IMG/VR virus record: IMGVR_UViG_3300007514_000005 | Coordinates: 8,009-72,008 of that record | DNA length: 64,000 nucleotides | Direction: 5' to 3' (one strand) | Source: a virus | Part shown: positions 18,063-29,936 of the stretch, piece by piece | How positions within the stretch are numbered: position 1 is the stretch's first letter | Layout of the letters: the number at the start of each line of letters is the position of its first letter | Made by a program: the position numbers and the translations under genes | The notes under the pieces: model-generated | Told to the model about the DNA's origin: nothing | Databases searched by the model: none | What the model saw: only the letters and a program-made list of their open reading frames with translations

Positions 18063-20905
18063 TGTTAAGTCCGGTTGATTTGGGTATTCTCTCCCCCATA
18101 ATGATAGTATTCTGCGGGGTGCTAATGGTAGTGCTCCGAGCGGGAGCATCAAGAGTTTTCTTCGACATTGTTGGAACATTTCGTGCCGATGAATTGATGG
18201 ATGATGTAGAAGCATCAGTCACAACCATGAACGCTATCGTTATTGACGGTTTAAGCGGGATGGAAGAAGCAGGCGCTATGGTAGCCGAACAGATGCAGAA
18301 GATAGTAGAGGCTACTGTTCCCCTTTCATACGAATTAGAAAAGGCAACCATTGAATTCCAAAAATTCGTAAGTGAGGCTGAGGGCGCTAGACTTGCTGAT
18401 GAAGTAAGACAAGTAGGTCTGCAATTCGGTTTTACTTCTAATGAAGCACTTGAAGCAGGTGCTAGAATGGCTCAATTATCCTCGCTGTTAGGTGAAAATG
18501 CTGTTCCCGCCGCTACTGAAATGGCTTTGGCTTTCGGTCTTATAGGTGATATGACCCCCGAAACCGCCATGCAAAAACTAATCAACCTACAACAGCAGAC
18601 AGGCTTCCTCTATGGAGATAACACCAAAGCGGCATACAATTTGCTAACTGCTGAACAACAAGTAGAACAAGTTAGAAGAGAGATGGCTCATACTCTCAAT
18701 ACACTTAACAAGGTAGAGGATAATTCCGCCGCTACTATGAGTAAAATAACGGGTGTAATGAATGAGTTTGCTTCGCAGGCTCACCTTGCAGGCGAAGAAA
18801 TTAGTATGATGGCCGCTATGTCGGCTACTCTAATTGAAGCGGGTGAAGAGCAGGGTAAGGGTGGTCGTGCGCTTCGTATGATTTATGCCCGTCTAGGAGC
18901 AGACACAAGTGGTTCAGCAACAGCCCTAGCGCAATTGGGTGTAGAAACCAAAAACGCTGACGGTTCTTTGCGTGCGCTTTCAGATATACTAGCGGACTTA
19001 GACCCTAAATGGAGACAGATGAATAGCGGTCAAAAACAGGCGGTAGCGCAAGTCATAGCAGGTAATAGGCACTATGTAAGATTCATTAAACTAGCAGAAA
19101 ATTACGATAGGATAATAGAGTTAAACACGGCTACTACGGGAGAGATGGGTGAGGTTTATAGCGAAGCAGGTGAGCCTGTAAATTACCTAAACAAACTAAT
19201 GAATTCTAATGCTGTCGCTATGGATAGAGCAAATGCAGAATTAGAATTAGTGACCGCACAGATAGGTGACTTTTTCATTCCTACGACAGTAGCCGCTACT
19301 GAATTCCAAGTGTTATTCAACCAAGAATTACTCAATATGCTACAAGGTATGGGTGGTTTAGGAAATGCTCTTCAAGGCTTCTTTGAATTCCAACAGATTA
19401 TATCCGGTGTATTCGCACCATTCTTTAGCGCAGTTATCAATGTAAAGGCAATGAATGTCGCTATGCTAACTCAAAGACAAATTATGAGGGCGCTAAACGG
19501 AGAGCAATTACAAAGAAATATGAAAACAAAAGCCGCGCACGAAGAAGAGATAGCCAACATGAAATTGCTCAGCGCAGGGCTTGAAGAACTAAAGACTCAA
19601 AATATAGGACTAACTATTGCTAACCAAAATAGATGGAGTCAGCAAAGACAGGCAGATGCCGCAAGGCGACCAATGCTAAAACAAGAAACCCTACAAATTA
19701 AGGAAATGATAACACAAGTCCAAAACAAAACTCGTGTGACTAGAACCCTAGCCTCAGTCGAAAGAGAGAGAAGGACATACAATAGAGCGGTTGATGAATT
19801 AGCACTATTCACCCAAAAGCGTAGCATTGATTTGACGAAATGGGAGACTGACCGACTAAAATACAAAACACAAACACAGAATGCTGTCCAAGATAGAATA
19901 ATAGCCGTTAGGTTTGCACAAGAAAAATTAAACCTTGCTCTTCAAGAGGAAATAAGAATCCTAGATTTAGAGCATACTAGAATGAAGAGAAGGAATAACA
20001 TTCTATGGAGTAGTGTAGTGCTGTTAGACGATTACAAATTTAGTTTGAGAGGCGCTACTTTCGCAACGAAGAGCCTAACCGTTGCAACAGAAGAGCAGAC
20101 CGCCGCAATTATGAGAATGTCTATGACCTTAATGAAATTCGGAATGATTATCTTCGTAGCAGAAATGCTTGTGTTAGGATTCAAAGATGCAATACCCGGA
20201 ATCACAGACGAGGCCCACGCCGCAAGAATAGCGGTTATACTTATGGGTATGGGTATGGCTCTTATGGCGGCAGAAATGATATGGAGCACATCAGCGATAA
20301 TAGGAAATACATTTGCTGTAAAGGGTGCTAGTTTGGCTCAGAAAGCGCACACCACATGGGTAGCCATAACTACGAGCGCTATGAGTTTTCAAACCGCCGT
20401 TGTTAATGCCTTTACTGTTGCTTGGACATTGATGAAAAGCGTAATGAGTGTAGGTGCTTTCATTGTTATTGCTATTGGTATAGCGTTAGCAATAGATAAA
20501 TACATTATTCCTAGATTCAAGAAAATGACCGAGCATTCTACCGAAGCGACAGACGCATTACTTGAGAATGAACAAGCGGCATACGACTATGCGGCGGGAG
20601 TAAATGACGCCTTTGGAAACATTGACTTTAGTGTGTTCGGAGAAGGAGCAGAAGCAATGGACGAATTCAATAACTCTCGTGAGGAAATGTTCTTCGGATT
20701 TAAGGCGGGGCAGACCACAGGAGAATTAGTTAAGCAGGTCAAACAAGGTGGAGTAGATAATTTCGTTCAAAATACCGAAGTAATAATGACTAACAATTTC
20801 AACGGACTAACTGTTGATGAAATGGTTGATGAGATAATATCACAAATAGAAGTCAAATCATTTACACACGGTAATAGCACTATGAGTGTATTAGTGGCCC
20901 GATGA
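18062..20905 (+). CDS. Tape measure protein
   Basis: 947 aa, helical, TP901-like core (GEEQGKGGRALR...ALAQLGVETKNADGSLR), C-terminal hydrophobic segments; true start may be ATG 18126. Confidence 0.9.
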   Translation: MLSPVDLGILSPIMIVFCGVLMVVLRAGASRVFFDIVGTFRADELMDDVEASVTTMNAIVIDGLSGMEEAGAMVAEQMQKIVEATVPLSYELEKATIEFQKFVSEAEGARLADEVRQVGLQFGFTSNEALEAGARMAQLSSLLGENAVPAATEMALAFGLIGDMTPETAMQKLINLQQQTGFLYGDNTKAAYNLLTAEQQVEQVRREMAHTLNTLNKVEDNSAATMSKITGVMNEFASQAHLAGEEISMMAAMSATLIEAGEEQGKGGRALRMIYARLGADTSGSATALAQLGVETKNADGSLRALSDILADLDPKWRQMNSGQKQAVAQVIAGNRHYVRFIKLAENYDRIIELNTATTGEMGEVYSEAGEPVNYLNKLMNSNAVAMDRANAELELVTAQIGDFFIPTTVAATEFQVLFNQELLNMLQGMGGLGNALQGFFEFQQIISGVFAPFFSAVINVKAMNVAMLTQRQIMRALNGEQLQRNMKTKAAHEEEIANMKLLSAGLEELKTQNIGLTIANQNRWSQQRQADAARRPMLKQETLQIKEMITQVQNKTRVTRTLASVERERRTYNRAVDELALFTQKRSIDLTKWETDRLKYKTQTQNAVQDRIIAVRFAQEKLNLALQEEIRILDLEHTRMKRRNNILWSSVVLLDDYKFSLRGATFATKSLTVATEEQTAAIMRMSMTLMKFGMIIFVAEMLVLGFKDAIPGITDEAHAARIAVILMGMGMALMAAEMIWSTSAIIGNTFAVKGASLAQKAHTTWVAITTSAMSFQTAVVNAFTVAWTLMKSVMSVGAFIVIAIGIALAIDKYIIPRFKKMTEHSTEATDALLENEQAAYDYAAGVNDAFGNIDFSVFGEGAEAMDEFNNSREEMFFGFKAGQTTGELVKQVKQGGVDNFVQNTEVIMTNNFNGLTVDEMVDEIISQIEVKSFTHGNSTMSVLVAR

Positions 20906-20914
20906 GGTATTTTT

Positions 20915-23900
20915 ATGGTAAGAGTAGTTAAGGACAAGTATAATCTATGGCTTGTTGGATACTATGACGATTTCAACGGAGCGAGAGCGATAAGTAATGA
21001 CGACAATGTGCCTGATAACTCTAGTCAGGGGGCATTCTCACACCTTTTTACTCACTACGGTAATCCCCTAAATGGTGAAGCAACACTTAATCCTCGCTAC
21101 CGATGGTGCTACTATGATAGAACCACAGTAGGTGGATACCCAAATGCCGATGAGCCATATATGTTCTCTCTTGCTATTAACAGACTTCTACACAATAAGG
21201 GGGCGTTTGAGTGGATAAGTCACGATGTAATAAGAAATTACCCGTCTGAACCACAAGGAAGGTCTCAATTACAATATCCTGATGGACACACTAACACCAA
21301 TAAATTTCGTATTCATCCCTTTAGTGGTGGTGGTGATGATGCTTACCAAATGTTCTGCAACGGACATAATACACTAGGTAGGTATATAGTGCCTACCGGA
21401 GATATTGATAGCAGTTTTGGTAGAAGGGATATGAACGGCTATGGTGCTACTTGGACGAGTAAAACAGATGGTAAGAATACTTGGGTTAAAGTAAATGAAA
21501 TGGGCGGCTCAAATTTTGGTAATGATGATGCAATAACAATGGTGCGTAGAGCGCACCTTGCAGGTAAGTGGATGGGTGAAACTCTTAAGCAAACTTCATC
21601 AACAGAAACTATGCCCCTTAATGTATTTGCACCCGTAGAATCACCTTCGGGTATGCCCTTTTTATGTGTCCAACAATACAACCAAACAGGTAATAACAGC
21701 ACGCCGTCTATCCCTACTATTTACTACGACAATTCACTAAACTCAAGAGATACAAACGATATTCTACATTTCCGTTTAGCCGTCCGCTCCTTTAATGGGG
21801 GAACGGCAAGCAACGGAAAGATAACCCCTAAAGTCACAATCAAGGCAGGCTACACAGGTGGCCCTGCGGCAATAACTAATGGAATAACAGACATGGAAGC
21901 GGGGCTTACAGGAACGCCTAAGATTTCCTTTGACTTGGATTTAACAGGTTATGATACTAACCCACACCTTTACACAGGCAATACGACTAAGATAGCCTAC
22001 AATAATGATGACTCATGGATAGATGTTGATGTGCATTTGAATTACGATACAGGAAAATTCAATGTGTATCAAGATGGAAATTTGAAATTGAGTAATCAAT
22101 CTATGAGTGGCGCTGTCGCTGAAAATATGTATGGGTGGGCCATATTCATGCACCCTACAAGTGGGGATGATAATGTGACTTCTACTCTCATGCTAGATAG
22201 GGTGGCTCTATGTCGTCCGCTTACTGATGACCCCATAGGTAGAGATTTACCCCCAATAAACAATATGAGGGCTTCTACTACAATTAACGGTTATTCGTAT
22301 TGTAGTTTTGAGTTAATAGATGATGCCGATAATTATGATGAGACTAACTATGGGTTTTCTACTGATAATTATAACCACAATTTTACTTCAATGTTTGTAG
22401 GTAATAAGTTAGCAGATTGGGGCGTTGTGTTTTTCGCGGGAGCAGGTGAAACAGGTAATCACGGAATAGCGAGAATAGACCGACCCGTATGGAGAGGGCT
22501 TTTGAAAAGCATTGATTTGAAAGAAAACAAAGACGGAAGAAAGATACAATTTACCGCATACGATACTCTCACTTCTATGGATAAAACTATTCCTATGTGG
22601 GAGTTAGGGCAAAATAAAACAAACGACCTAGAAACCTTTAGCCCCTATTGGGCCTACGATGCTGAGGGGCTTATGCAGGTTATGGATTTGGGTTCTTCAT
22701 CACTTAAACAATTCGCCGCAAATGTAGGTAGAGACAGCAGTAATTCTTTTGAGAATAGGTTAGACCAAAGGACGCAGTTAAGGACGGGCCATCCTATACA
22801 AATGTATGTAAATGAAGACGCAAGTGGCCCTAACAATATCGAAGACGATTTTGAGGGAGCAGGAGTAGAATACTTCTACGAAGACTCAACGGGCATTAGA
22901 TTTGTTCTTACAGGCAACCCTAACATGGGGGCGTCAGGCAATATAGTGATAGACAATACAGGTATTCCTGCATACGACAATCTTACTCTCGCTATTACTG
23001 CGCACCACAGCATAGACAGCACGGGTGCTACTGTCGCCTATAACGCCTCACACGCCCAAGAAGTATTGACCGTAGCAAAGGGTAGCGGCACAGGCCAATT
23101 CCCATTTACCGAGCAATACACAAATAGCATAGCCTATATAGGAAAATATATTGGGCCATCCGTAGCACACGATGATGAAAATTATTCTTTCACAGCCGGA
23201 CATAATGTAGATATTATGGCTAACTACAATCGCTATATGACTTTCATAGAAAATAACCCCGCCACATGGGAAAACGGTAGGGGTTCTATCGGGGGTCTTA
23301 GAATAATTGATGCGGGTAGTGGATATACCGTTGCTAACAATTACTACACATTAGTAGATGGTGTGAAAGAGAAGAAGGGCAACATTTTACTACCCGCCCC
23401 TGTTCAACCCGACCCTTCTGCCTTCCCTTATTGGGTAGGAGAGACTGCTACGGCGGAATGGGAATCAGAAACTACACATATCAATGTCGGGCCGGAAACA
23501 CCTACGGGGGATGATACAAGCGTCACATGGATAGAAGGAAGAATTACCGATGCAATAGTCACAAATGGTGGTAGTGGTTATGGGTATTTGAACAACGGCA
23601 CATCATACAATGCTATGCCTGACCTTACCACAGTAGATAGAATTCAGGGAACAGGCACTTACAACAATAGCGGGGCTACCGCCCTCACCCTAAATCAAAC
23701 TTCCAATACTTGGCCTGTAAATAATAATCATACGGGGCTTAACGGAGTGCATATCATTTCCGGCAATTCAAGTCACGGCGCAGGCTCAAAGATGGGATAT
23801 TTTAATGTGCTTTCCGGTAGTCATAGTAGTAGTGGTTCGGGCTTGGTGTTAAAAGTGACTGTTAATGCAGATGAAAACGGAGCGACCCAAAATAATTCTA

Positions 23901-26900
23901 CGGTAGATATTGAGGTAGTAGCGGTTGGGTCGGGATATGCACTTAATGATACTTTGGTAGCGACCATAGAGTATTTCGCTCCCCTTCCCACGATAATTTC
24001 TTTGTTTGTGACTGTCTCTTCTATAACACAAGATGCGGAATTAGAAATAATCCGTGCTGAACAGGCTTATACTGATACTCTTTCTTTCCACATGGATACT
24101 AGCCAAAGCGCCGTTTTGAGCACTCTTAGTGTGGGTGACGAGTTTGTAATTTCCGGTGCTTCAAGCGATTATGATGATATACGAGGCAAACACACAATAA
24201 AGGCCATCAAGAAGGTATTAAATTATCACGGCAACCCTACTGCCCCTAACGAAAAGGGTAGGTATCTCTATCAGATTCAAACCTATACTCCAATACCTTC
24301 CGGCTTTACAGAAGGCGACTTTGGTGACTTCGATAAAAAGTGGGGTCTCATGCTTTCTAGTTATCATTATGGTGCTCTCGACCAAAGACTTGCGTGGAGC
24401 AAAAAAACAATGGCTACACTTACACCAAAGCCCGCGAGTATGACCGAAGATATTACTTCAAGGGCTATACACGCCCGTTGGATGAGAGACCTTGACGATT
24501 CTTTGTGGTTCAAATATCACTTTGGTAGGATAGGATATAATGCGCAACACTCGTTTAATTTGGTAAGCGCGGTAGATGCTAATGCAAACAAAATAGAAGT
24601 CACACAAGCAACATACAATGCCGCCCCAAACGCAGGAGTAGCAGAAATTGTGCAACCGCAACCTTCCATAAATTACGAAACACGCAAAGACTTGCGTGAT
24701 GTGTTTATCTACAAATGTAAATACACCGAAGGGGGTAAGTGGTATTTGGGTGCTTGTAAATACATTAGTATCTCTCATCCCACTACCGTAAATGCTTGGG
24801 GAGATGATTCACAATTAGCCTCTCAACCCGTCAAAATAAATATCATTAAGCATGATAATAATTACAAACATATTTGGCTTCTATGGGCAGATATGCGAAA
24901 CGATGCAACAGCAGATGCAGACGGGGGGAAAAGAAAAAAGGACTTTGGACTCAAATATCCTACTGCTGATAACTATTCTTTTGATATTCAATTTGACGAC
25001 CAATTTGATGAAGACGGCAACCCTGAATCCTTTGCTGAATTAAAAATTGGAGAGGACTTAGATGTGTGGGAAATAGATTCTACAATAGATGATTCAACGG
25101 GGTCGCCATTCTCACAACCCCTAGATTATGATAACATGGTAGTCTTAACGGGGTCAAATTTTAGTAGCGTAGGGGGTAAATTAAGTATAGCCAAAACAGG
25201 TCATGGTCTTGCCGATGATGATTATGTGGGGTTGATTAACTGTGGGGCTACTTACGATAAAGTGCATAAAGTGACGGTCACAAACTCAGACAATTTTGTG
25301 CTTGATGTAGCCTATACTAGCGGGTTTAGTGGAACGATACCTAAATTCTTCTACGCCAAAACTAAGGGTAGTAGTATTGATGAAACATATTACCGAGATT
25401 GGGAAGGTAAGGGCGGCGCTTTCGTTGTTGTAGATACAAGTAAATTTTTCAATCTTAACACACTTTCTAACAAGGGTAAAGTAGGGCAAGACGGTGGTGG
25501 AGAAACTAATTTGGGTGATTATTACGCAGTAGGTGTAGGAGACCCTGTGTTAATAGATTCTTACTACATCAATGCCGCCTCTACTACTGCTACTACAAAT
25601 AGTAATTATCGTAATCATTACAATTTAGACAGAATGGTGGCTAACAAGACAGAATTAGCCTCAAGTATCATCAAGGGTCATTTTTGGTTAGAGCCAACAG
25701 ATACTACCATATTCAGCAAGCATGGTTTAGGTCGCGCATTAGGCCTGACTAACGGTTCAAATCACAGAAGCACTTGGTATTTCCTATGGAATGGTAAGGT
25801 AGAAGAAGATGTGTTCGCTAATACGGTCACGGTAGCATCTCCTTCGATTGGAGACAAATTTTGGACAATAACCAAGTCGGGCGCTACCTTCATTTCTGAT
25901 GGTGTAGTAGCAGGCACTTATGTTGAAAATACTTCTAAGCCTCTTGTTGAGGGTGTTGGTGACTCTTGGAAAGGGGGATGGAAGCAGAAGCATTATTATC
26001 GAGTGAAAGAAGTAGTCTCAGAAACTCAGTTAAAAATAGAGAGAGTAATACACTATACACCTAGTGAGACTACAAGATGGGGCTTTGAATACGGCACAAC
26101 AGGAGAGAGTTTTTCAGGATTTACACACGGACTGTATGTAAGACCTGCGGGGCTAGACAACGACAGTATCACAGATGGTTGGGCAACGGGTAATCACCTT
26201 AAAATCCCGAAGCAATTATGCAACATTCTAGTGGATACTGTAAATTCCGGTGGAACAGATAATACTTGGAATCCTTCGGGTATTGAGACCATATTTACTG
26301 AAAGATTCAAAGAATTAGTCGGAACAAGAAACCCCATCCAATACGCTCACTCTTCCACAGATATTGATAATAATGCTTTTAGCGTAGTAGAAGTATATAC
26401 TTCAACAGCAAATGAATTCGCGTATAGATTGATGATGAAGATTAACGGTAAATACAAAAACACCAATGGCGGCACTTTTTATGAGAGTGATAAAATGAGA
26501 ACACTATGGACTAATTCTCTTCTGCGCTCTTGGTGGGCCGACACAAAACTGACGGCCATGTTTGATATTCAAAATGTTCCCATCAGTTTTGATATGACTA
26601 CATACAATACTAATTCGCAATATGATTCATACGGTAGTATGATAGACAGTAATGGGGATGCGCTTATGGATACACTCAAAGATACAGCAAGTAATACGGG
26701 TGTTGGTGACGAAAACTCTCTTTTTACCTCTTTCTCTTGGTTAGTAGGTAGAGATAACAGATTCGATTTCAGGCCTAAATACAATTCCGGTTATACTATC
26801 ACTAGAGACGAAGTAAAAATATCCAAATTTGCTATGTCTCAGATGGAAAGAGTAGATAATGTAAGGGTGATATACAATCAAGGCATGAGTATAACTGATT

Positions 26901-28903
26901 ACCCTAAACCTAATGTTGGCGATACTACTACATGGAAGGTTCTTGAGCACCCCGAAATAACAAACAGTATAGAAGCGTTGTCCGTAGCAAAGGCAGAATA
27001 TAATGCCCGTAAGAAAAACCCAATAGAGTTAGATGTAGAAATGCTTAGGCTACACGCAGACGATAGAGACGCAATGTTAGATGGTGGAAGATACGGCTAC
27101 ATAGCAGACGCGCAGGTGGCTCTACAAGGCAACAACGACCAATCATTAGGCACGGCTTGGTGTTGGACTATCATGGGAACGGGGGGCGTGCCGTTTAGCG
27201 GGATGACTAACGGGATTGATGGAAATATGGGTGCAGTAGTGACTAAGGATACTCTTCATAAGAGATACGGTTCTTCTGCCCCTGTCGGTAGCGGCACTAT
27301 TGAGCATAAGGATAACTACACTTGGTATGGCTCTCGGTCTGTATCTAACGCCTTACAAATAGTCCATGTGGGTAAGGATGCACCAAAGGTAAGTGAGACT
27401 ACCGGAGAAAAACTAAGAGTCGTAGTAGCCATTAAACCCTCACAAGCAGGCACTACAACCATAGAAACTACACAATTCAGGGTCTTTTTACTTGACTGTG
27501 CCTTTGCTACTACTACATCGAGTGGTTATGGGCCTGATTTGAAGTCGGCTATCGAAGGACATTCTTACCTAGATGTGCAATACAATGGTTTTTATGAGAT
27601 TGATGTTCCTTCTTCATACGGAACGGGTAAGGTAGTGTTCTCTTTCAACGCAGACTATTGCCGAGACCTACTCAGAAGCCGATGTGGAGACCCGACAAGT
27701 TATCCTACTGTGCTTAGAAATTCTTTAACCTACTTGGGAGACACCACTAACAAGACCGTCACTTTGGAAGGCAATAACAACCTAAGTAGTATCTTCCCTC
27801 TTGGTTGTAGAAAGCAGACTAGCATGAAAGGTGGTTTTGGTGATGTAAGAGCCATGTGGTATGCACCAACCTTAAACATTATAGATGATGTTATGTATGT
27901 GCCTGCAACCTATGTGAAATACACAGATGCCGGATTCGATATAAACAATAAAACAATGGTTATAACAAATGTTGAGTGGAGAATTTCATTTGGCGAAGGG
28001 GAGACTGTTAAACTGTCTTTGAGAGAAGATGAATCAAATGCCGTAGGAAGTATTCTTTCGTATGTGTTTAAGCCCGTAAGCCCACCTAGTGCATCGGCAG
28101 GAGACCCGTCATCCACCATTGTTAATGTAATACCGCCGTCAGGTGGAGTAGGAGATGAAATAAAGCCCGATACACCAAGCGGTGGAAACAAACCTTCTGA
28201 TGAAGACGGATACTCCATAGGATACGGAGTAGGACTTTCAGACTTACCTGCGGGCTTGTATAGAACCCTCATGGGCGGTATGGATAACACAGGTAGTCAG
28301 TATTCATCTCAATATAGCAACAGCATTTTAGGACAGAACATTATGCCTACTACCCCCTCTAGTATGCGTGGTATGACCGGAGCACTAAGAATTCACCCTA
28401 CAAGTGGTTCGGCTACTGCTACCAAAAACGGAATAAATTTGCCGGGTAAAGGAAAGGAAGAAGGTGTAGGGGCAGAAGCAGAAAATAAATTTTCAAAGAA
28501 AGAAATAGAGCATACAGCAGAAGTTAGATTACAAACACCACCGGATGCAATAAACGATGAATTAAATATCACGGCTGATTTGAAATTACCCGCTACAACC
28601 AAGCAGGGTTCAGCCGTCCTTTATGTGCAGGCTACCTGCTTAGAGACAGGGGCAAGTATTTCTGAGGTTATTGGTGTGAATACAGGTTCTAACCTGAAAA
28701 ATATGCAATTGTGCTCAGCAGGAATTCTTACGGGGGCAGGCACTACGGGTAATACCATTGTAGTATCTTTGAGTAGAAGGTCGGGGGTAGGAGACGACAC
28801 GGCTCATTACACTACCATGTCTGTGGAGAATCTAAATATCAATTTCAGAAGGGCGGCTTTCCCTGCCGAGAATACAAGCAATGTATTCATGCCTTACTCT
28901 TGA
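20915..28903 (+). CDS. Giant tail-tip/baseplate or host-specificity protein (2662 aa)
   Basis: Directly after the tape measure gene; beta-rich with GSGY repeat motifs; last gene of the + strand module. Confidence 0.65.
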   Translation: MVRVVKDKYNLWLVGYYDDFNGARAISNDDNVPDNSSQGAFSHLFTHYGNPLNGEATLNPRYRWCYYDRTTVGGYPNADEPYMFSLAINRLLHNKGAFEWISHDVIRNYPSEPQGRSQLQYPDGHTNTNKFRIHPFSGGGDDAYQMFCNGHNTLGRYIVPTGDIDSSFGRRDMNGYGATWTSKTDGKNTWVKVNEMGGSNFGNDDAITMVRRAHLAGKWMGETLKQTSSTETMPLNVFAPVESPSGMPFLCVQQYNQTGNNSTPSIPTIYYDNSLNSRDTNDILHFRLAVRSFNGGTASNGKITPKVTIKAGYTGGPAAITNGITDMEAGLTGTPKISFDLDLTGYDTNPHLYTGNTTKIAYNNDDSWIDVDVHLNYDTGKFNVYQDGNLKLSNQSMSGAVAENMYGWAIFMHPTSGDDNVTSTLMLDRVALCRPLTDDPIGRDLPPINNMRASTTINGYSYCSFELIDDADNYDETNYGFSTDNYNHNFTSMFVGNKLADWGVVFFAGAGETGNHGIARIDRPVWRGLLKSIDLKENKDGRKIQFTAYDTLTSMDKTIPMWELGQNKTNDLETFSPYWAYDAEGLMQVMDLGSSSLKQFAANVGRDSSNSFENRLDQRTQLRTGHPIQMYVNEDASGPNNIEDDFEGAGVEYFYEDSTGIRFVLTGNPNMGASGNIVIDNTGIPAYDNLTLAITAHHSIDSTGATVAYNASHAQEVLTVAKGSGTGQFPFTEQYTNSIAYIGKYIGPSVAHDDENYSFTAGHNVDIMANYNRYMTFIENNPATWENGRGSIGGLRIIDAGSGYTVANNYYTLVDGVKEKKGNILLPAPVQPDPSAFPYWVGETATAEWESETTHINVGPETPTGDDTSVTWIEGRITDAIVTNGGSGYGYLNNGTSYNAMPDLTTVDRIQGTGTYNNSGATALTLNQTSNTWPVNNNHTGLNGVHIISGNSSHGAGSKMGYFNVLSGSHSSSGSGLVLKVTVNADENGATQNNSTVDIEVVAVGSGYALNDTLVATIEYFAPLPTIISLFVTVSSITQDAELEIIRAEQAYTDTLSFHMDTSQSAVLSTLSVGDEFVISGASSDYDDIRGKHTIKAIKKVLNYHGNPTAPNEKGRYLYQIQTYTPIPSGFTEGDFGDFDKKWGLMLSSYHYGALDQRLAWSKKTMATLTPKPASMTEDITSRAIHARWMRDLDDSLWFKYHFGRIGYNAQHSFNLVSAVDANANKIEVTQATYNAAPNAGVAEIVQPQPSINYETRKDLRDVFIYKCKYTEGGKWYLGACKYISISHPTTVNAWGDDSQLASQPVKINIIKHDNNYKHIWLLWADMRNDATADADGGKRKKDFGLKYPTADNYSFDIQFDDQFDEDGNPESFAELKIGEDLDVWEIDSTIDDSTGSPFSQPLDYDNMVVLTGSNFSSVGGKLSIAKTGHGLADDDYVGLINCGATYDKVHKVTVTNSDNFVLDVAYTSGFSGTIPKFFYAKTKGSSIDETYYRDWEGKGGAFVVVDTSKFFNLNTLSNKGKVGQDGGGETNLGDYYAVGVGDPVLIDSYYINAASTTATTNSNYRNHYNLDRMVANKTELASSIIKGHFWLEPTDTTIFSKHGLGRALGLTNGSNHRSTWYFLWNGKVEEDVFANTVTVASPSIGDKFWTITKSGATFISDGVVAGTYVENTSKPLVEGVGDSWKGGWKQKHYYRVKEVVSETQLKIERVIHYTPSETTRWGFEYGTTGESFSGFTHGLYVRPAGLDNDSITDGWATGNHLKIPKQLCNILVDTVNSGGTDNTWNPSGIETIFTERFKELVGTRNPIQYAHSSTDIDNNAFSVVEVYTSTANEFAYRLMMKINGKYKNTNGGTFYESDKMRTLWTNSLLRSWWADTKLTAMFDIQNVPISFDMTTYNTNSQYDSYGSMIDSNGDALMDTLKDTASNTGVGDENSLFTSFSWLVGRDNRFDFRPKYNSGYTITRDEVKISKFAMSQMERVDNVRVIYNQGMSITDYPKPNVGDTTTWKVLEHPEITNSIEALSVAKAEYNARKKNPIELDVEMLRLHADDRDAMLDGGRYGYIADAQVALQGNNDQSLGTAWCWTIMGTGGVPFSGMTNGIDGNMGAVVTKDTLHKRYGSSAPVGSGTIEHKDNYTWYGSRSVSNALQIVHVGKDAPKVSETTGEKLRVVVAIKPSQAGTTTIETTQFRVFLLDCAFATTTSSGYGPDLKSAIEGHSYLDVQYNGFYEIDVPSSYGTGKVVFSFNADYCRDLLRSRCGDPTSYPTVLRNSLTYLGDTTNKTVTLEGNNNLSSIFPLGCRKQTSMKGGFGDVRAMWYAPTLNIIDDVMYVPATYVKYTDAGFDINNKTMVITNVEWRISFGEGETVKLSLREDESNAVGSILSYVFKPVSPPSASAGDPSSTIVNVIPPSGGVGDEIKPDTPSGGNKPSDEDGYSIGYGVGLSDLPAGLYRTLMGGMDNTGSQYSSQYSNSILGQNIMPTTPSSMRGMTGALRIHPTSGSATATKNGINLPGKGKEEGVGAEAENKFSKKEIEHTAEVRLQTPPDAINDELNITADLKLPATTKQGSAVLYVQATCLETGASISEVIGVNTGSNLKNMQLCSAGILTGAGTTGNTIVVSLSRRSGVGDDTAHYTTMSVENLNINFRRAAFPAENTSNVFMPYS

Positions 28904-29129
28904 CCTTTTTACTTCGTAAGAATAAAATGAAGGCTACAATACCAATAACAAACACAGCGAAAGAAAGAAATTCGTGAGAGAGTATGACTTCTTTGTATGC
29001 CTGCCCATCTGTTAAATCCCAACAAATAGGGTTTTCATACTCACCGCCATTTTGCCTCTCGGTATAACAAATATCTAATTCGTTCCCACCCAATAACCAA
29101 TTTAGTCCATTTTCCAAAGAGTAGCCCAT
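28887..29129 (-). CDS. Small membrane protein
   Basis: C-terminal TM helix followed by a basic tail. Confidence 0.55.
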   Translation of the reverse strand: MGYSLENGLNWLLGGNELDICYTERQNGGEYENPICWDLTDGQAYKEVILSHEFLSFAVFVIGIVAFILFLRSKKVKSKA

Positions 29130-29171
29130 GCACCCACAGCAATACTATAACGGTTATAGTCTCTAATGAAT

Positions 29172-29900
29172 CTAATCCGTGTTTGCATACTTGTCTCTTA
29201 AGGAGAGTATTTTTTTAGCCTTAGACCGTCCTATACCTTTGACTTCCATGAGGTCTTTCTGCGTTCTTCTGCTGTGTAGAATTTGGGGAATACTACCGAA
29301 GTGCTCTAGTAAGTCAAGAGCCATTGTATTTGTTATGCCCGTGATAGAAGATAATACCTTCACCTTTTCATCAGCGCTTTTTACTTGAGTCTTTTTTATG
29401 AAGTCAGGAATTCTATTGATGCCGGACTGCCCATCTAAGGTCATCTGTGTGTGATTCAGAACCAAGAAATCTATGAAGGCTTCCATCGTGGGCAATTCCA
29501 TATACCGTATCTTAGGGAAGCGCTGATAGAAGGTGAGTTTGAATTGGTCTATGACTTTCTTCATTCTCGTAGTCTCGATAGCCATAGCCTGTCTGCTAGG
29601 GTAGCCCTTAACATAGGGCTTAAGTTTTGTTCCATACACGATAAGAAATGGTCGCTCAAAATTCTCTTGAAGGTCTCTCAATTGGTCTATGATATTTCGA
29701 TTTCTACCGAACCCCATGATGCTACGGTATAGGTCGTTAATTTCTTTAGCCTCTATACCCCATTCACCAATTACATAGTCTGCGCTCTTAAGGCGCATCA
29801 CCTTACCTTGCCCTTTAGGGTCAAGCGACCAATCACCGACCCGCATTAGGAGTTTATTCACGACCTTCTCATTCTCTCGGTCATCAATAATTAACATCAA
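29172..29900 (-). CDS. ERCC4/XPF-family structure-specific nuclease with HhH motifs
   Basis: IIDDRE, ADY, IE-x-K-x-x-x-DL-x-x-SI; C-terminal ITGIT and VKGIGRSKA helix-hairpin-helix motifs. Confidence 0.9.
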   Translation of the reverse strand: MMLIIDDRENEKVVNKLLMRVGDWSLDPKGQGKVMRLKSADYVIGEWGIEAKEINDLYRSIMGFGRNRNIIDQLRDLQENFERPFLIVYGTKLKPYVKGYPSRQAMAIETTRMKKVIDQFKLTFYQRFPKIRYMELPTMEAFIDFLVLNHTQMTLDGQSGINRIPDFIKKTQVKSADEKVKVLSSITGITNTMALDLLEHFGSIPQILHSRRTQKDLMEVKGIGRSKAKKILSLRDKYANTD

Positions 29901-29936
29901 TACTAACTACTACTGATTCTGTATTTAAGTCGTTGC